DNA of 64,000 bases. Source: a bacterium. Its GTDB lineage: Bacteria > SM23-31. The translations under genes and the position numbers were made by a program. Shown here piece by piece: positions 60,225 to 64,000 of the stretch (positions are counted from its first letter, which is position 1; each line of letters begins with the position of its first letter). A model generated the notes under the pieces. It worked only from the letters and a program-made list of their open reading frames with translations, did not search any database and was not told the origin of the DNA. The stretch is taken from the NCBI GenBank assembly GCA_965249485.1, contig OZ252239.1:2528001-2592000 (forward strand), written 5' to 3'.

Positions 60225-62810
60225 TCAATATCTGGGAAAGATAATTCTTCTGAAATGCCATGCCTGAACAGGAAGTTCGTTTGTACCTAATGCAGGATAG
60301 TACGAGCTTCTCCTTACTGCTGCAAATGTGCTATCAATCAGTTCATCGTTATTAATATCATTTCTGAAAATGTCTATTACGGTTGCCTTTCCCCGCGTAT
60401 TTATAAGTATTTTCAGGTCTAGAATTTTGGTCTCCTGTGATTGAAAGATCGTTTGTGGGATCGACACTTCCAAACCTGTTAAGATTCTCCCGGGTTGGAC
60501 TGCAACAGAATCAGGTTCTAATGAGAAAAAGATGTCAGTATTTGGATTGGCAAGGGTATTGATTGTACTAACAATAATGAGAGAATCTCTACGATTTTTT
60601 TCTTGTCGAGCTTTTCGGCTAATCTCACGTAATCGTTCAAGCTCTTGAGCTTTCGCCTCTTCGATTTTGATATTTCTCGCTTCTTTCAATTTTACCTTAA
60701 TTGCAATAGCCATATTCGAATTTCTATAATCTGTTTCAAGTTTCTCATATAATTCGAATGCTTTAAGCGGTTCCTCAAGATCATTTTCATAAATCCAAGC
60801 GGCGGCGTAAAGTGATTTTGGTGCATAGTCAGTGTAGAAATACTTTTCGGCAAGTTCTTTATAAATCCCTATGGACGCAGAATAGTATCCGCGGTTGTAG
60901 AGTTTTTCCGCTTCATCGTAAAGTGCCTGGATAGAATCCTCTTGACTGAGATAAGGCGCATCATCAAGTTCACTCAGCTCATCTTCGCTCATGAAATATC
61001 GTGCATATTGTGTATGCCTATAATTGTTAAAAAGAATTGTTTTTATTGAATCTCCTTTTGCTGTTTCGTTATTATTGGCAATATTATAAAGAGAAAAGAG
61101 TGCCTTAGCGGCATCATCTGAATCGGGATATTTGTTCAAAAGGATATTTAAATATTTATCAGTCGAATCAATCATACTGAATTCTGTATTATATATTTCA
61201 GCAATACGGAATAAATTAGCAGCTTTTTCATTTTTTAATTGTGAAATTCGGTTCCGGTAAATAATGTAATTACGTGTATATGTATTCAATGTTTCTTCAA
61301 AAAGTGCAGTATCGTATTCTGTAAAAACCGCAGCTGGTACAATCAGAGAATCATCAGGCATGATAAAAGCAACAGTTGCAGACGAATCAATCATTTCAAT
61401 GAGACTGTCTTCAATAGTATCTTCACCAGTACCTGAAATAGAGAGAGAATCGTTTACCGTTAGTGTATCTATCATCGGTTCTGTGCTGTTTAACACAGAA
61501 TCAATGATTGCAGAAATTGAGTCTGGTTTGGGGATAATAATATAATTTTCTGTTTTCGGTCTTTCGTGTGGAAAGTCGGGCAGCGGTTCGGATATTTTTT
61601 GATATAAAGCATCAATTTCATTAATATGTTTTATCTGGCTATCAATTTGTGGTTTAATATTCTGATCCGGTTGGGCATTTAAAGCACTCGTATAATACTG
61701 TTTTGCTAAGATAAGATCAGAGTAATGATAAACATAGATTTCACCAATCGAGAACAGCGCTTCCGGCACTTTTGGTGGATCTTTAATAGGTCCAGTTGTT
61801 GACAACAGTGAATCAGTTGCTGTCAGCAGTGAATCGGGAATTTCACTCAGCTCTTGTAAAGGAAGTGGCGCCATCTGTGCGATATAATCAAATTGATCCT
61901 GAGAAATGCTGTCAGGATTTAAAACATTTAGTTGTTCAAGCACATAGATCGACTGCTCTAATTCTCCTTTGGATTCCCACAATCCAGCAATTTCAAGCAT
62001 GATGTCTGTATACCAATCCTTATATTCCTCGTCATTCAGAATAAATGAATACTCCTCAATCGCTCTATCATAATTTCCGGATAATTCAAGACTTTTACCC
62101 AATTTGAATCTGCTGTTATAGAGAATTGAAAATGGTGGATCGTAATCATTGACTCTACTATACTCTTCGACGGCTTGCTCATAGTTCTCAAGCATAAAGT
62201 AACATTCGGCAATCATGTTTTGGGCATTGCTTTTCAATTCATTGTTTTTTGATTCGGATACAAGTTGTCTACTTAATTCTATTGCACTTTCGTAATCGCC
62301 ACGCTTGAAACGAAGATTTGCCAGGCTTAAAAATGCATCTGATTTCAGTTCAGTTTTCACATCTTCAGCAGCGATGATTTCATTTAACTCATATTCAGCA
62401 AGCTCAAGCTGGCCATCATCAAGGAGAGTTTTGACGTGTAATGATCGTGCTTCAGGTACTAGTTTACTGTAGGGGAAATTGAGAATTAATTCCTGAAATT
62501 TGAGTTTTGCGTCTTCGGTTTGTCCCATAAAGTAGTAAGACTTCCCTATTATCAGAACAGCATCATCGGCCCATCTGCTATTGGGATAGAGTTCCAGAAC
62601 TCTCGAAGCTTTTGCAATGGCTATGTTAAACGCAGTGACTGCGTTTCCCGGAACGGAAGTCGAATTGCTTTTCTCAATAATATTTAATGCGTTATTATAT
62701 GATTTTTGGGCATTATAATATGAGTTGTAGTATGCACAGCCTACAAGAAATGTGACTCCTACAGATATTACTGTAATGAGAGAGATCGATCTGAAAAAAC
62801 TATTTATCAT
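60225..62810 (-). CDS. TPR-repeat lipoprotein with C-terminal TonB-CTD-like domain
   Basis: Lipobox LVGC-AYYNSYYNA; many TPRs (YPNSRWADDA, YPDSDDAAKAL); C-terminal ILINTRG...AAVRRSSYYPA...PV. Confidence 0.75.
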   Translation of the reverse strand: MINSFFRSISLITVISVGVTFLVGCAYYNSYYNAQKSYNNALNIIEKSNSTSVPGNAVTAFNIAIAKASRVLELYPNSRWADDAVLIIGKSYYFMGQTEDAKLKFQELILNFPYSKLVPEARSLHVKTLLDDGQLELAEYELNEIIAAEDVKTELKSDAFLSLANLRFKRGDYESAIELSRQLVSESKNNELKSNAQNMIAECYFMLENYEQAVEEYSRVNDYDPPFSILYNSRFKLGKSLELSGNYDRAIEEYSFILNDEEYKDWYTDIMLEIAGLWESKGELEQSIYVLEQLNVLNPDSISQDQFDYIAQMAPLPLQELSEIPDSLLTATDSLLSTTGPIKDPPKVPEALFSIGEIYVYHYSDLILAKQYYTSALNAQPDQNIKPQIDSQIKHINEIDALYQKISEPLPDFPHERPKTENYIIIPKPDSISAIIDSVLNSTEPMIDTLTVNDSLSISGTGEDTIEDSLIEMIDSSATVAFIMPDDSLIVPAAVFTEYDTALFEETLNTYTRNYIIYRNRISQLKNEKAANLFRIAEIYNTEFSMIDSTDKYLNILLNKYPDSDDAAKALFSLYNIANNNETAKGDSIKTILFNNYRHTQYARYFMSEDELSELDDAPYLSQEDSIQALYDEAEKLYNRGYYSASIGIYKELAEKYFYTDYAPKSLYAAAWIYENDLEEPLKAFELYEKLETDYRNSNMAIAIKVKLKEARNIKIEEAKAQELERLREISRKARQEKNRRDSLIIVSTINTLANPNTDIFFSLEPDSVAVQPGRILTGLEVSIPQTIFQSQETKILDLKILINTRGKATVIDIFRNDINNDELIDSTFAAVRRSSYYPALGTNELPVQAWHFRRIIFPRY

Positions 62811-62835
62811 GTTTTACCGATAAAAGGGTTAATGA

Positions 62836-63567
62836 TTATGATGAAACTGATTTTAATAATTCAGGCAGAATCTCACCTGATTTTCCTTGTATAAATTCAT
62901 CAGCATAGGGAGTCAGTAGAGTCTCTTCAATGTTGATTTCAACAATATATGTCCCCCTGTTTTTTGCCCATAACGGCATAGAGGCTGCTGGTTGAACTTG
63001 AGCTGAAGTGGCGACTGATAAAAAAATCTCTGCACTATTTATTGCCTCATCAGCTTCACTAAGTGCTTGTTGAGGTAAGTTTTCTCCGAACCACACCACA
63101 TCCGGACGGAGCATACCATTGCATTCGGTGCACTGAGGTATCCTCTTGTTCTCATTCAACTCTATTTCAGTAAAAATTTCATTACAATTAAGGCATCTGT
63201 TCCTCATAATATTTCCATGAAGCTCTATCGGTTTGCTGCTTCCGGCCCGCACATGTAATCCATCGACATTCTGTGTAATGAGATAAAATTGTTGACACAT
63301 CTTTTCGAGATCAGCAAGCTCATAGTGACCAGGATTGGGCTCAATTTCCATAATGATTTTTTGCCGGTGAAGATACCATTCCCATACAAGTTCGGGATTT
63401 CTCATAAATGCATCAAAATTTGCAAGCTCCTCCGGTTTTAATTTATTCCAGATACCATCTTCTCCACGAAAAGTTGGCACCCCGCTTTCAGCAGACATAC
63501 CGGCGCCTGTTAAAACAGCAACGGCAGGAGAACTCGTGCACAGATTAATTAACTTGTTGGAAAACAT
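62836..63567 (-). CDS. cobB: NAD-dependent protein deacylase (class III sirtuin)
   Basis: GAGMSAESGVPTFRG, YLHR (YxxR), TQNVDGLH, HG, CxxC..CxxC, RPDVVWFGE. Confidence 0.95.
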   Translation of the reverse strand: MFSNKLINLCTSSPAVAVLTGAGMSAESGVPTFRGEDGIWNKLKPEELANFDAFMRNPELVWEWYLHRQKIIMEIEPNPGHYELADLEKMCQQFYLITQNVDGLHVRAGSSKPIELHGNIMRNRCLNCNEIFTEIELNENKRIPQCTECNGMLRPDVVWFGENLPQQALSEADEAINSAEIFLSVATSAQVQPAASMPLWAKNRGTYIVEINIEETLLTPYADEFIQGKSGEILPELLKSVSS

Positions 63568-63797
63568 GTTATCTATTAAATTCTTTTATGATAGAAAAGT
63601 TTCAAATCGAATTGGTCTGCACTATTGCCTCGCAAAACATGAAATGAAATAGTAATTATTGCTTGCTATTAACGTTTCTTAAAATTATCATTGAAGATAT
63701 AAGATATTCTTCCGATAATTGAAATGGAAGTTCTATAGCATCTTATGCATGTTTTATTGCAAGGATTCAAATTGTTTTATCATCCAGGGAGAATGCG

Positions 63798-64000
63798 ATG
63801 CCTGAAAATCAACTCAATGTACCGCGAATAAACATTTCACGCAATTTAACTACCAGTAAAACTTTTCAAAATACAGCAGTCAGGCGGACAAATGTAAAGT
63901 CCCGGACTGAATTTACACAATTAGTGCAACAAAACAATAATGTCACTCCTCAAGATATCGGGAATATGGCACGAAGAATCAGTATTCGTGATAACCAGTT
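63798..64000 (+). CDS. Hypothetical protein, 3'-truncated by window end
   Basis: RBS AGGGAG, ATG at 63798, open to the window end (MPENQLNVPRINISRNL...). Confidence 0.5.
   Translation, partial: MPENQLNVPRINISRNLTTSKTFQNTAVRRTNVKSRTEFTQLVQQNNNVTPQDIGNMARRISIRDNQ

Overview
AT-rich bacterial chromosome segment, mostly housekeeping. It is most consistent with an anaerobic or facultative diderm of the FCB superphylum: fused lpxC-fabZ, uppS-(tamB)-bamA-skp-lpxD order, a YPNPFN-type C-terminal sorting domain, and Gln-first mature secreted proteins. This lineage call is inference. All genes from 1 to 39.5 kb are on +, and nearly all from 46.4 to 63.6 kb are on -. A 28-bp dif-like site (39537-39564) lies about 0.9 kb after xerD, so the window probably spans the replication terminus. 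The most notable signal is absent from the ORF track: a tandem pair of 2[4Fe-4S] ferredoxin genes at 4717-5207. The first has an in-frame TGA exactly at the first cluster-ligating Cys (UxxCxxCxxxC), followed directly by a SECIS-like hairpin, making it a candidate selenocysteine ferredoxin. The second starts at ATT, and a Fur-like box lies upstream of the pair. Other points: an archaeal-type geranylgeranyl reductase coupled to a ferredoxin, a signal-peptide-bearing RidA, a promoter-leader-terminator (candidate attenuator) before pyrK-pyrD, a PFOR followed by a Cys-less DHODH-like partner, and a GNAT plus NSAR/OSBS pair. Important caveat: the window has four +1 frameshifts and several in-frame stops, mostly in the first 8.2 kb. 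These look like consensus errors or decay and lower confidence in any single-codon inference. No rRNA, tRNA, CRISPR array, IS or prophage was recognised.
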